From NCBI GenBank assembly GCA_002269645.1, contig NIVC01002032.1, forward strand, positions 46,008 through 110,007: a stretch of DNA of 64,000 nt, in the 5' to 3' direction. Below are positions 22,937 through 35,460 of this stretch, one piece after another (within the stretch, counting starts at the first letter, position 1; every line of letters starts with the position of its first letter). Both the position numbers and the translations under genes were made by a program. The notes under the pieces were generated by a model, which did no database searches, had not been told where the DNA came from, and was given only the letters and a program-made list of their open reading frames with translations. This DNA is from Macrostomum lignano (lineage: Eukaryota).

Positions 22937-24496
22937 TTCATTATTTATTTATGTATTAATATTGATAAATTTATTGATTTGACCTCGCCGATGCCTCCCA
23001 TCCACCCGAGCCCCGTGTCCCCTCTCTCTCTACACTGGATTCGCTTTTTTGCCTTCGCTTGTGTGTTAGTGTCTGTTTTTCTCAGCAGTTCTGTTCAAAT
23101 TCCAACACAAATTTAAATTCACTACTAAAAAGTAGCTCTATTTGTACTTTTCATTTGGCTCCGTCTTTCCCTTCAACAAAATCGCACTTCAATCATTAGC
23201 AAGAACTTAGATTTACTGTCAACGCTTGTAAGTTAAGCAAGGCCGGTTGCGGTTAGTAGCCTGAGATTTGGCAGGGGACAAACAAATTGAGTTGACTGCC
23301 TGGTACCTGCCTATGCTTACCTGTTTTCTAAGCCTTCATCAGCTTTATTAGTTTATTAATCTTTATTTGACGTACTACCGTAGTTATTGAATAAGACACT
23401 TTCCGAAATGTAGGACTATCTGTGCGCTATCTGCTTATAGCATACAGATACCTGTTAAAGTGGGACGGACCCTCAAACAACGGTAACACATGTGTCCCTC
23501 CATTGTGACCTTCAAATGTGACCGTCCCACATTTATACTGGTAAGTGCATACTGAATTAGTAAGTAATATTGAACTGTTTTTTGTATATTTATTGCTTAT
23601 TATTTAAAGAATAATTATAAAGATTTAATTTATTGGCTTGTTTGTTTATTTTTCATTGCTCCGTTTAATTTTGATATGCCTTAGTGACGTACTTTTACAT
23701 ATTTATGAGGTAAATAGTTCTAATATTTATTGCACTACATTATCTAATAAATCAAATAAATATTTCTGAATTACTATGTCAAAAATAGCAATTCCAAGCA
23801 CATTATACCCTTGCCAGTAGTGCACACTTATTAATATTCAATATTTTATTAAGCAATTCGTTAGTTCTTATTTTCCCGTGTTATTGAGAGTTTTTTGTTT
23901 TATTAAATTAACTCCGTTAAGCTATTTATTTCAACAATTGCAATATTTTTACTGATAATAGGGATAGACATTCCCTCACTGGCCCAAGTTGAATTCCTCT
24001 AAACAATGATTACTTTATCACCCTTTGGGATCTGGGGATCTTTTTTGTCCGAGCTGTTTCAGCAATCTCCTCTCTGACTCATTTTATTTTCTCTGATATT
24101 CACCATTTGAAGTGCAAAATTGCTAATTGTACTACTTATTACTTAGTAGCTAAATTCGCGTATTTAATTTTTGCTAATTACTTAATAAATGTATTTTAAT
24201 CATGTTTGTAAAAGTTGGCTTGCTTTTGTTAAACGCGTTATTCACTATTATGTACATATTTGCCTTCCTATACCCCTCGGAAACTAATGATACGACGTTA
24301 CTGATTTATTCTTATAATTATTTATTTATGCATTAATAAAGATTGAAAACATGAAGCGCTTTTACTGTTAACTACTTATGAGTACTATTATCGTAATTAC
24401 TATATTAATAGTGTCGGCGCGTTAACGCATAAAAAACGATTGCAAAGTTTTCTTCTCTTTGTTTTATTCTGCAGCTCAAACTTACAGATAACGCGT

Positions 24497-24987
24497 CCCA
24501 GATCCCCAGTTGCTGGGCCAGCATCCCAGATCCCCAGTTGCTGGGCCAGCCTCCCAGACCCTTAGTTGGAGGGCCAGCCTCCCAGATCCTCAGTTGCTGG
24601 GCCAGCCTCCCAGATCCTCAGTTGCTGGGCCAGCCTCCCAGATCCTCAGTTGCTGGGCCAGCCTCCCAGATCCTCAGTTGCTGGGCCAGCCTCCCAGATC
24701 CTCAGTTGCTGGGCCAGCCTCCCAGATCCTCAGTTGCTGGGCCAGCCTCCCAGATCCTCAGTTGCTGGGCCAGCCTCCCAGATCCCCAGTTGCTGGGCCA
24801 GCCTCCCAGACCCTTAGTTGGAGGGCCAGCCTCCCAGATCCTCAGTTGCTGGGCCAGCCTCCCAGATCCTCAGTTGCTGGGCCAGCCTCCCAGATCCTCA
24901 GTTGCTGGGCCAGCCTCCCAGATCCTCAGTTGCTGGGCCAGCCTCCCAGATCCTCAGTTGCTGGGCCAGCCTCCCAGATCCTCAGTT
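24497..24987 (+). repeat. 28-bp minisatellite (CAGATCCTCAGTTGCTGGGCCAGCCTCC)n, about 17 units
   Basis: Near-perfect units with an internal GCTGG-G-CCAGC hairpin. Confidence 0.95.
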
Positions 24988-25618
24988 ATAAATGTACAAA
25001 AAGAATTTACCAGTGGACACCTTTTCACATTTAACTTTATGCGATATTCGCTTGAAACTCTACTATTAGTAGTATAGTTTAATAATACGCAATGCAACAA
25101 AGTGACGGGCGACGCAGAATTCGATTTGCAATTGAAGCGAAAAAAAATTCGAACAGAAAAATTTTGCGACGAAAAACTCGATAGGAAAACAGCGGCAGAA
25201 CACTGAGAGAAATTGGGAGGTGCAGACACAAAAAGCAACAAGAAATTCGCGTGCAAAAGCAAGTTCCTCAGTTTCACGTACTGACAAACTTATCGCAAAG
25301 TTGCGAAATAGAGCAAATTGAAAAGTGCATGACAAAAATAATGCAGAAACACAAATTGGACCAGAAAATGCTCTTATAATCAAAGAAAATATACAAACTA
25401 TTTTGATGCAAGGCAACGGATTTGGGTGACTTTGGTGGATTAACAGAGCGATCCCTGCAAATCACTACAATAGCTAGCTATAATCATGCTTTGGCGCCTA
25501 TAAATGGTCATTATGAAGCCTGAGTGGAAATTTTAGAGGTTTTGTCTAGTCAAATAAATTTTGTCAACAATTTGCTCTACTTGGCTACTTGACAGTAGAG
25601 TAGTAAACGCGTTGACGC

Positions 25619-28600
25619 TCACTGATCGTAGCCTGACATGGCCCAATTGGGCAGCCGGAAATAGTCGGGCGGGCTGCAGTCCAGCCTAGCGATCACCTTG
25701 TAGATGGGCTTCTTCCACGAGTGCTCCTGGTCGCGGCGGGCGGCTAGGGCGGCCGCGAACTCGCGCAGGGCCTTCTCGATCACGGCAGCGAAATGGCGCG
25801 GCACCTGCACACAGCGGGATGAAATGATGCCATTTTTTTGGTTTTATCTTCTATTAGAAGCAAATATTGTCATTCTGAACCGAATATGAAATGTTTCAAA
25901 CATTCTAGCTAGAATTGCCAATAAAAGGTCATTTCGCGTGTAAATACATTGAAGCGTTCTGAGATTATAATTTAAACCTGTCAATCAACTATAGCAAAGG
26001 CCGTAAGTCACTCAGCCTTACCTGAAACCGATTGCTCCTGTTGTAGTGCATGTTGAGCACGCGAAATATCTCCGAATTCTCGTCAACTCGAAGAAGATTG
26101 TCCAGCGACATTTGAGAGGCCTCGAAGGCGAAGTCTCCATCTTGGAATGCGGCGTTGGCGGCTGCGCTGCCGCAGGTCTGCAGAGCCTGGCGAGCAAATT
26201 TCTCCACTTGGATGTAGAAGAACTCCCTGGATTGGCAGGTGTGTTGGGGAATTGCAATATTATTGTTGCTTATGATTATTGCTTTCCCTCAAGTGGCCTA
26301 TCGACCCAGCGTTCTTGGGATAATGGGGATTATTTTCAGATTGATTCCCTTTTTTGGGATTTTCTCTAATATTACATTTTCTCTCAGATTCAAGTGAGGA
26401 CCTACTCCATTCTTAATCTTCCAACTTACACTCGATAGTGAGTTCCTCACGATCTTAAATCCGTATGATCCCAAATCCCTAATCCCAATGATCCCAAATC
26501 CCAACGATCCCCAATCCCAATGATCCCAAATCTCAACGATCCCCAATCCCAATGATCCCAAATCTCAATGATCCTAAAACCTAATGATCCCAAATCCCAA
26601 TAATTCCACTTCCCAAATTCCAATGATGTCCTTACTTCTCTGATCCTTATCCAAAATCCCTAATATATTTTATAATCACTATTTTCAGAAAATTTCTTAA
26701 ATTAGAATATCGTAGATTATTTTACTCACCGGAAGTTGGAGAACCACTTGACCACCTGGGCCGTGTTGCTCTTGTTAAAGTGCACATCCGGGAAGAAAGT
26801 TCGCAGCGTTGCCGTGCTGGGATAGCGGCTGTAGAAAAACATCAGCTTGGCCTTGCGCAGGTGAACCGGAGATAGCGTGAACGTCTGCATGAGCGGTTTG
26901 TATTTTGGGAAGGGTGAGATGGTAATTTACCACTGTTACATTGTTCCATAGTTCGAAGTTAAAGTACAGAATGAATCCCAAATTTTGCTTCTCAGATCCC
27001 AAATGGCACTCCTCAGATCCCAAATGTCGCTCCTCAGATCCCAAATGGCACTCCTCAGACCCCAAATGTCGGTCTGCCCAAATCTATATTTTAAGTGAAT
27101 TTAGAGACTACTCTAAATTGTTTAATCCAATACGTGGCCTCCCCTAAAAAAGTTTAGCTTGCTCAATTCAACCATGGGTTGGTATAGAAAAAGCACACAA
27201 AGACCCATTGGGCCATCTGACTGGACCAAGCAGCTCCCGGGGAAGGGGGGGGGGTTTCAGGTCATTGTTGACATTCCATATGAAACAAAAGCATAGTGTG
27301 TTTTTAAATTGAAATTGATTGCCAAGCAAACATAAGAAGTTTGAGAAGACGCAGTGTCTCAGGGGGATGGGGGGCAAGGCTGAAATCTGGGTGATAGACC
27401 AGATTAAATATTTGATTGCGAGTTAGGAGTAGTGAGCAGGCACTTGAGAAGTTTCTTCCCTTATTTAAGTGGTCCCCCTCTCTTCTTTTTATCTCCGGGT
27501 CTCTGAGATTTGTGAGCTGGTTCTGCTTCTAGGGGAAGGTTGTGTGGTCTGTCTGTAAGATTTTTAATTGAAGGATGAGGAGCGAGCATGCTGGGTATTT
27601 GGAATGGAAGGCAAACAAGATCAACAGGGGAGAGAGATTGAGGGGGGAACACAGCGCAAGGCGGTTAAACAAATCAGTGGGAAATCTTTAAGTGGGAGTG
27701 ACTAAGATAACTTTCGAAGGGATCAGAAAGTGAGTGGGAGCAACAAGCTCAACGGATGGAAGTGGGAGTTGCATATTAGAAAATGTGAGAGTAGGGAGAA
27801 GGGTAGAGAGGGTGAGAGTAAGGAGACCGGGAAAGAGGGTGAGAGATTAGGGAGAAGAGAAGAAATGTAGAGAGAGTGGGGAGACGGGGAGGAGGGTGAG
27901 AGTAGGGAGACGGAGAGAGAGAGTAGAGAGTGAGAGTAGGGAGGCGGAGAGAGAGGAGGGTGAGAGTAGGGAGACGGAGAGAGAGAGAGGAGGGTGAGAG
28001 TAGGGAGACGGAGAGAGAGGAGGGTGAGAGTAGGGAGGCGGAGAGAGAGAGTGAGATTAGGGAGACGGGGAGAGAGAGGGTGAGAGTAGGGAGACGGAGA
28101 GAGAGAGAGGAGGGTGAGATTAGGGAGACGGGGAGAGAGAGGGTGAGAGTAGGGAGACGGAGAGAGAGAGGAGGGTGAGAGTAGGGAGACGGAGAGAGAG
28201 GAGGGTGAGAGTAGGGAGACGGAGAGAGAGAGGAGGGTGAGAGTAGGGAGACGGAGAGAGAGAGGAGGGTGAGAGTAGGGAGACGGAGAGAGAGGAGGGT
28301 AAGATTAGGGAAACGGAGAGAGAGAGGGGGTGAGAGTAGGGAGATGGGAGAGAGAGGGTGAGAGTAGGGAGACGGGGAGAGAGAGGGTGAGAGTAGGGAG
28401 ACGGGGAGAGAGAGGGTGAGAGTAGGGAGACGGGGAGAGAGAGGGTGAGAGGGGAGAGGAGGAATCACTGTAAACAGCCAGAGAATCACAACAAGAGCAC
28501 CAACCTTGAGCTCATCGCCTGCTGTCTGCTGCTGACGATGCGAAGGCGCCGCTGGGAAATTTGGCGTCGAGGCCCGGCTGCAGTCAGACGCGGCGGCAGT

Positions 28601-29572
28601 CGCCGTAGCATAAACTGGAGCCGGACACCGGATGTCGGTGATCTAGTATAGAGTATGGGGGAATTCAATATTAAGTAATAAACTATCAGGCTAACTATTA
28701 ATATATTATATATTTATAATTATTAATAATTAATTTCTCACCTTCGCCCGTTTCCGTTTCGGCGTCTCATCGTCGCAGGCATCAGCTGTGCCCGCGGCCG
28801 CCGTGGAATCAGCGGTGGCTGAAGCCGCGCCAGCAGGCCAGCCGAACTGCCGCCAGGAGTCCTGCAGCTGCTGCGGCTGAAACATCGGCGGCGGCGGCGG
28901 CGGCGGCGGCGGCGGAGGCGGCGGCGGCATTAACAAAGGAGGATAGAAGATCGAAGAAGACTGCTGCTGAGTCAGCCGGTGGACTGGAGGCAGGGAAAAC
29001 TGCGGCTGCGGCTGCTGCTGAGCATTAGCTGAGTACAGATTCTGCACCAGCTGAGTCATCATTGCGTCGACAATTCTGTTGAGGTCTTCGCTGACTCTCT
29101 GCTTCAGTAGCTCGCACAGGTGCACCATGTTGTTGCTGGTTTCGACCGCCGGTGGCGCCTGAGGCTGCTGCTCGGGACTTGCAGTCTCTTCAACCTTCTC
29201 GTCGTCTGCATTGATTGATTCATCTTCGATGTTCACCTCGTCGGAGCTGGACGTTGTAGCGGCGTTGGCGGCGGCGGCAGCAGCGACCGGCTTTGCGGCG
29301 GCTGCCAGCATCGACGGCGTGCCGGTCAGAAGCAGCGCCGACGCTGCTGACGGTTCAAACCGCGGCGGCGATGTCTCAGTCAGCTCCGCCTCCGCTTCAA
29401 TGTCGTTGGGCGCGCAGCAGCTGCTGCTACTACTGCGGCTGCAGTCGCCGCTGTCTCGGCGAAGGCGAACGATCTGCTGATGCTCCTGACGGCTGACTGT
29501 CGACTTCACCGCCGACGAGGTGGCTGCTGAACTCATTGCCAGCAGCGATCGGACACAGAAATCGGCCGACAT
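25619..29572 (-). CDS. pros/PROX1: Prospero/PROX homeo-prospero transcription factor, about 504 aa; exons 29572-28742, 28642-28505, 26884-26730, 26226-26022, 25804-25619
   Basis: ETPKRKRAK|ITDIR; [21 protein letters not shown]...[22 protein letters not shown]|[14 protein letters not shown]; [12 protein letters not shown]|VPRHF...LREF...[14 protein letters not shown]. All introns are GT-AG and phases are consistent (1515 nt including the stop). Confidence 0.95.
26460..26625 (+). repeat. Degenerate 14-15-bp ATGATCCCAAATCCC repeats, Prospero intron 3
   Basis: Visible directly. Confidence 0.85.
26985..27070 (+). repeat. 21-bp CAGATCCCAAATGGCACTCCT repeat x4, Prospero intron 2
   Basis: Visible directly. 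Confidence 0.85.
27785..28455 (+). repeat. About 30-bp purine-rich minisatellite (GGGTGAGAGTAGGGAGACGGAGAGAGAGA)n, Prospero intron 2
   Basis: Visible directly. Confidence 0.9.
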
Positions 29573-29933
29573 GCTCTTTTTTGTCTACCCTTTAATGAGG
29601 ACAAGTCAGGCTTTTGTTGTGAGAGCTCAAACTGTGCAGTTCGCTGCTTCTCAAAATGGTTCTAGTTGAGTTGAGTGGCTTTCGAGGCTGGAGAAGCGTG
29701 TCTTGTCGTATTTATAATAAGATTCCACCGGCTCTCCTCTCCTCTCCTCTCCTCTCCTAAAGGCATGCGGGCCGAAGGGGGACCTTGGATTGGCTGCCGC
29801 GTTCTGGTTGGTCGAGGCGGCTGCTGGGGAGATACGGGGGGACCAGCTGGGGGTCTGTGACGTGACGCATTCAGCCCGAAGTGTAGCTTTATTTGGGTTT
29901 GAAGTTGTCCGCCATGCTGTAGATTGTAATTTT

Positions 29934-31912
29934 ATAGTTTCTAAAGATTCTATAGTTTGTGAAGATTCTATAGTTTGTGAAGATTCTATAGTTTGTGAAG
30001 ATTCTATAGTTTGTGAAGATTCTATAGTTTGTGAAGATTCTATAGTTTGTGAAGATTCTATAGTTTGTGAAGATTCTATAGTTTGTGAAGATTCTATAGT
30101 TTGTGAAGATTCTATAGTTTGTGAAGATTCTATAGTTTGTGAAGATTCTATAGTTTGTGAAGATTCTATAGTTTGTGAAGATTCTATAGTTTGTGAAGAT
30201 TCTATAGTTTGTGAAGATTCTATAGTTTGTGAAGATTCTATAGTTTGTGAAGATTCTATAGTTTGTGAAGATTCTATAGTTTGTGAAGATTCTATAGTTT
30301 GTGAAGATTCTATAGTTTGTGAAGATTCTATAGTTTGTGAAGATTCTATAGTTTGTGAAGATTCTATAGTTTGTGAAAATTCTATAGTTTGTGAAGATTC
30401 TATAGTTTGTGAAAATTCTATAGTTTGTGAAGATTCTATAGTTTTTGAAGATTCTTAGTTTGTGAAGATTGTATAGTTTGTGAAGATTCTATAGTTTGTG
30501 AAGATTCTATAGTTTGTGAAGATTCTATAGTTTGTGAAGATTCTATAGTTTGTGAAGATTCTATAGTTTGTGAAGATTCTATAGTTTGTGAAATTCTATA
30601 GTTTGTGAAGATTGTATAGTTTGTGAAGATTGTATAGTTTGTGAAGATTCTATAGTTTGTGAAGATTCTATAGTTTGTGAAGATTCTATAGTTTGTGAAG
30701 ATTCTATAGTTTGTGAAGATTCTATAGTTTGTGAAGATTCTATAGTTTGTGAAGATTCTATAGTTTGTGAAGATTCTATAGTTTGTGAAAATTCTATAGT
30801 TTGTGAAGATTGTATAGTTTGTGAAGATTGTATAGTTTGTGAAGATTCTATAGTTTGTGAAGATTCTATAGTTTGTGAAAATTCTATAGTTTGTGAAGAT
30901 TGTATAGTTTGTGAAGATTCTATAGTTTGTGAAGATTCTATAGTTTGTGAAGATTCTATAGTTTTTGAAGATTCTTAGTTTGTGAAGATTGTATAGTTTG
31001 TGAAGATTCTATAGTTTGTGAAAATTCTATAGTTTGTGAAGATTCTATAGTTTGTGAAGATTCTATAGTTTTCGAATATTCTTAGTTTGTGAAGATTGTA
31101 TAGTTTGTGAAGATTCTATAGTTTGTGAAGATTGTATAGTTTGTGAAAATTCTATAGTTTGTGAAGATTCTATAGTTTGTGAAGATTCTATAGTTTGTGA
31201 AGATTCTATAGTTTGTGAAGATTGTATAGTTTGTGAAGATTCTATAGTTTGTGAAGATTCTATAGTTTGTGAAGATTCTAGATAGTTTGTGAAGATTCTA
31301 TAGTTTGTGAAGATCCTATAGTTTGTGAAGATTCTATAGTTTGTGAAGATTCTATAGTTTGTGAAGATTCTAGATAGTTTGTGAAGATTGTATAGTTTGT
31401 GAAGATCCTATAGTTTGTGAAGATTCTATAGTTTGTGAAAATTCTATAGTTTGTGAAAATTCTATAGTTTGTGAAGATTCTATAGTTTGTGAAGATTCTA
31501 GATAGTTTGTGAAGATTGTATAGTTTGTGAAGATCCTATAGTTTGTGAAGATTCTAGATAGTTTGTGAAGATTGTATAGTTTGTGAAGATTCTATAGTTT
31601 GTGAAGATTGTATAGTTTGTGAAGATTCTATAGTTTGTGAAGATTGTATAGTTTGTGAAGATTCTATATAGTTTGTGAATATTGTATAGTTTGTGAAGAT
31701 TCTATAGTTTGTGAAGATTGTACAGTTTGTGAATATTCTATAGTTTGTGAAGATTCTATAGTTTGTGAAGATTCTATAGTTTGTGAAGATTGTATAGTTT
31801 GTGAAGATTCTATAGTTTGTGAAGATTGTATAGTTTGTGAATATTCTATAGTTTGTGAAGATTCTATAGTTTGTGAAGATTGTATAGTTTGTGAAGATTG
31901 TATAGTTTGTGA
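29934..31912 (+). repeat. 18-bp satellite (TATAGTTTGTGAAGATTC)n, about 110 units, starting about 360 bp upstream of the Prospero ATG
   Basis: Long runs of identical units. Confidence 0.97.
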
Positions 31913-32489
31913 ACACTCTATATTTTCAAACTTCAAACTAAAGATTCTTCAGTTCAGTCTGCAAAATGGGTTTTACCGCTCCAGACTTCTAACACTTGAA
32001 AGTTCTCCATGGTGGCCCACACTTCCCGTGTCTTCCTCCCTCCTTCCTTCCTTCCTTTATCTCCTCCGTCCTCTTTACACCCGCATCGAAAATTTATCAC
32101 AGCGCGTGCTCCCCAAGGGAGTTGGGAAGTCCGCATTATCAAAGGGGATCGCAAGTGCGGGCGCGTTCGACTTAAAATCTCCCGCGAGTTGGAGATTAAT
32201 AGAAGAAATAATAAGTCCCTCAGAAATTGTGTGACGTCACTGAGTACGGGCTATATTGGAATTGCGCTTTTGTGATATCGCTAGCTCAGGTGAAGCCCAT
32301 TACATCGCATATAACCTGTTGTCGGAGACATCAAATGTAGTTGAAGGATGGATAAGATATGAAGCGATAAAAGGAATCTGAAGTGATGCAACAATGTGTG
32401 CTGTTCTGATAGGCGATACAGCTCTTCAAAGCTTAAGACAAACATCAGAAACAGTGCTCATTGATGACTCCGTGAAGCTGCTTTGCGTG

Positions 32490-32862
32490 GGTGTCAGGGG
32501 CGGCTATTCGGGTGTCAGGGGCGGCTATTCGGGTGTCAGGGGCGGCTATTCGGGTGTCAGTGGCGGCTATTTGGGAGTCAGTGGCGACTATTCGGGTGTC
32601 CATGGCGGCTATTTGGGTGTCACAAGTCCAGATTGGGTGTCAGGAGTCCAGATTGGGTGTCAGGAGTCCAGATTGAGTGTCAGGAGTCCAGATTGAGTGT
32701 CACGAGTCCAGATTGAGTGTCACGAGTCCAGATTGAGTGTCACGAGTCCAGATTGAGTGTCAGAAGTCCAGATTGAGTGTCAGGAGTCCAGATTGAGTGT
32801 CAGGAGTCCAGATTGAGTGTCAGGAGTCCAGATTGAGTGTCAGGAGCAAAAATTGAGTGTCA
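32490..32862 (+). repeat. Two adjoining arrays: 21-bp GGGTGTCAGGGGCGGCTATTC and 20-bp GAGTCCAGATTGAGTGTCAG
   Basis: Both share a GTGTCAG core. Confidence 0.9.
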
Positions 32863-33329
32863 GGTAATTACAGTCCAAGTTGCGCAGTCAAATCAATGCT
32901 GCTCATCTTCAATCACAAGATTTGTGATCAGATCTATCTGACACTGAAGCACGTGAGACCTTAATCAAAAACGACGACGCATGCACCACATTGTAAATTT
33001 TCTCGCATAATAATATTTCATTAAAACAGGATTTTAAAGGAAAAACTGAAGTGGCCACTTATTGCAATAACATATCTCTAACGGCCAAAGTTTGTACATT
33101 AATTGCCACTTATTCTAAACTGCAATTGACCATTTACAGTTGCAATCCATCATCTGGCGGACCTTTGTGTCCAGTGTCCGTTCCTTTTATTTTTTTATGG
33201 CTTCAAGCCACCATTTTCTACAATTTTTCGAAGTTTTACGTTTTATTTGGTTCATTTTATTGCTATAGAAGTTGAATTTTGCCTACAGGAAACATACCCC
33301 TAATACTGTCACTTTACATCTTACTTCTT

Positions 33330-33725
33330 CTGAATCCCATCTCCCTCACTCTAAATCCCATCTCCCTTTATCTAAATCCCACCTCCCTCTGTCTAAATCC
33401 CATCTCCCTTTATCTAAATCCCATCTCCCTCACTCTAAATCCCATCTCCCTCACTCTAAGTCCCATCTCCCTCTGTCTAAATCACAACTTCCTTTATCTA
33501 AATCCCAGCTCCCTCACTCTAAATCCCATCTCCCTCCATCTAAATCCCATCTTCCTTTATCTAAATCCCATCTTCCTTTATCTAAATCCCATCTCCATCA
33601 CTCTAAATCACATCTCCCTCACTCTAAATCTCCATCCCTCCATCTAAATCCCATCCCCCTCCATCTAAATCCCATTTCCCTCACTCCAAATCCCATCTAT
33701 CTCATTCTAAATTCCATCTCCCTCC
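33330..33725 (+). repeat. 21-bp minisatellite (CTAAATCCCATCTCCCTNNNT)n
   Basis: Visible directly; an inverted partner lies at 36365-37482. Confidence 0.9.
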
Positions 33726-33817
33726 ATCGAAGGCTAGTAAAGGACTTATATAGAAAGTTATTATTAAAAACTGAACACGAACAACCTATATATTAACACA
33801 TTAGTGATAAGAAAAGC

Positions 33818-34213
33818 TTAAGCAATCCTTCTATATGCTAGAAATACAGGAATATCATGTGACAAGGGGAACACTGGAGACAGGCCTGCCTGTACAGTAT
33901 GGTCCATAGAGCCCGTATGATGAAGGCTGGGTCTGTAGACACACAGCCCTTTGGCATTGTGAATGAATGAGGGGGTGGTGTCTGAGGGTATAGAGAGATA
34001 AGAAAGGAAGTTTATGAGGATATGTGGGATAACTTGATGGGGAAGAAAGATGAGGTTTGTCTCCTCGCCCGCATAAGGAAGAGCTTTTGTCAAAACCGAA
34101 GATTTTGGCATGCGAGAAATCCTCATCAATGCGGGATGAGGCCGAATGGAGTCTGAGTCTTCCCCAGAATCTCCTGGCTTTGTACCAGCAGAATTTCGAG
34201 CCATTCGACCCAT
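33818..34213 (-). mobile_element. Possible degenerate tyrosine-recombinase (DIRS/Ngaro-like) fragment
   Basis: FLSYLSIPSDTTPSFIHNAKG...QAGLSPVFPLSH loosely resembles YLxxRPxxxxPLFxxxxG...xGLxPxxYSxHS. Recognition by eye only. Confidence 0.3.
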
Positions 34214-34997
34214 TCCCGACCTCGTTGTATATGGCTTAGGGAGGGACTAAAAGTTAGGAACTTTTTTAACAGCCGACCGACTTTTTCCTATATTGATGTA
34301 TCATTGTACAACATGGGCAATGTCGAATGTCCATAATTTCTTAATTGGATCCCAAGTGTCTAAAGTTTGTTAAAAATGTCTCAATTAGATCCACAATGTC
34401 TCAATTGGATCCACAATGTCTCAATTGATTTCCACAATGTCCCAATGTCCGAAGCTGGCGCCGCCCGGTCTATCTTCAGTCGGCCATTTTTGCAGTCAGC
34501 CTATTCAAAACCTTGAATACCTTTAGGACCTTTAGGAACCGAACTTTATCTCCCAACAACAGGCATCCAGGAAAATAACTTTCCCAGTTTTAATCTTTCT
34601 GCCCACATTTTAATGTCCGCCGCTATGCTAGCAAATTAAAAAATTCTGCCCAAACTCTTAAGGTCAACTTCTTCTTGGCCTGTTGGGATTATTTTATTTC
34701 TATTATATATACGGCAAGTGCCACCCAAGTGGGAGATTTCTCTTATCAGAGTTGCTTTTTACTGTTCGGCCATCTCTTTCTCCTCTAGACAGGAAACCAG
34801 TGGGATTTCCCGGCTTCCCCTTTGGAATCCATATACGAAATAGAAGACGTTCGAGGGGACAGGGGACAGATAGCTTTGGCGGCGGTGGCCGGTAGCGGCC
34901 ATGGGCCATTGCACTTAGCAACAAAAAGCTGTAAAAGCGTTAGCCTAAGGTATTGATAAACTGAATTAGAGTTCATGGACAACACGCTTGCCTATTT

Positions 34998-35460
34998 GGG
35001 ACCTTCGGGACCTTCGGGACCTTCGGGACCTTCGGGACCTTCGGGACCTTCGGGACCTTCGGGACCTTCGGGACCTTCGGGACCTTCGGGACCTTCGGGA
35101 CCTTCGGGACCTTCGGGACCTTCGGGACCTTCGGGACCTTCGGGACCTTCGGGACCTTCGGGACCTTCAGGACCTTCGGGACCTTCGGGACCTTCGGGAC
35201 CTTCGGGACCTTCGGGACCTTTGGGACCTTCGGGACCTTCGGGACCTTCGGGACCTTCGGGACCTTCGGGACCTTCGGGACCTTCGGGACCTTCGGGACC
35301 TTCGGGACCTTCGGGACCTTCGGGACCTTCGGGACCTTCGGGACCTTCGGACCTTCGGGACCTTCGGGACCTTCGGGACCTTCGGGACCTTCGGGACCTT
35401 CGGGACCTTCGGGACCTTCGGGACCTTCGGGACCTTCGGGACCTTCGGGACCTTCGGGAC
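34998..35460 (+). repeat. 9-bp satellite (GGGACCTTC)n, about 51 units
   Basis: Almost invariant, with a 1-nt deletion near 35349. Confidence 0.97.
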
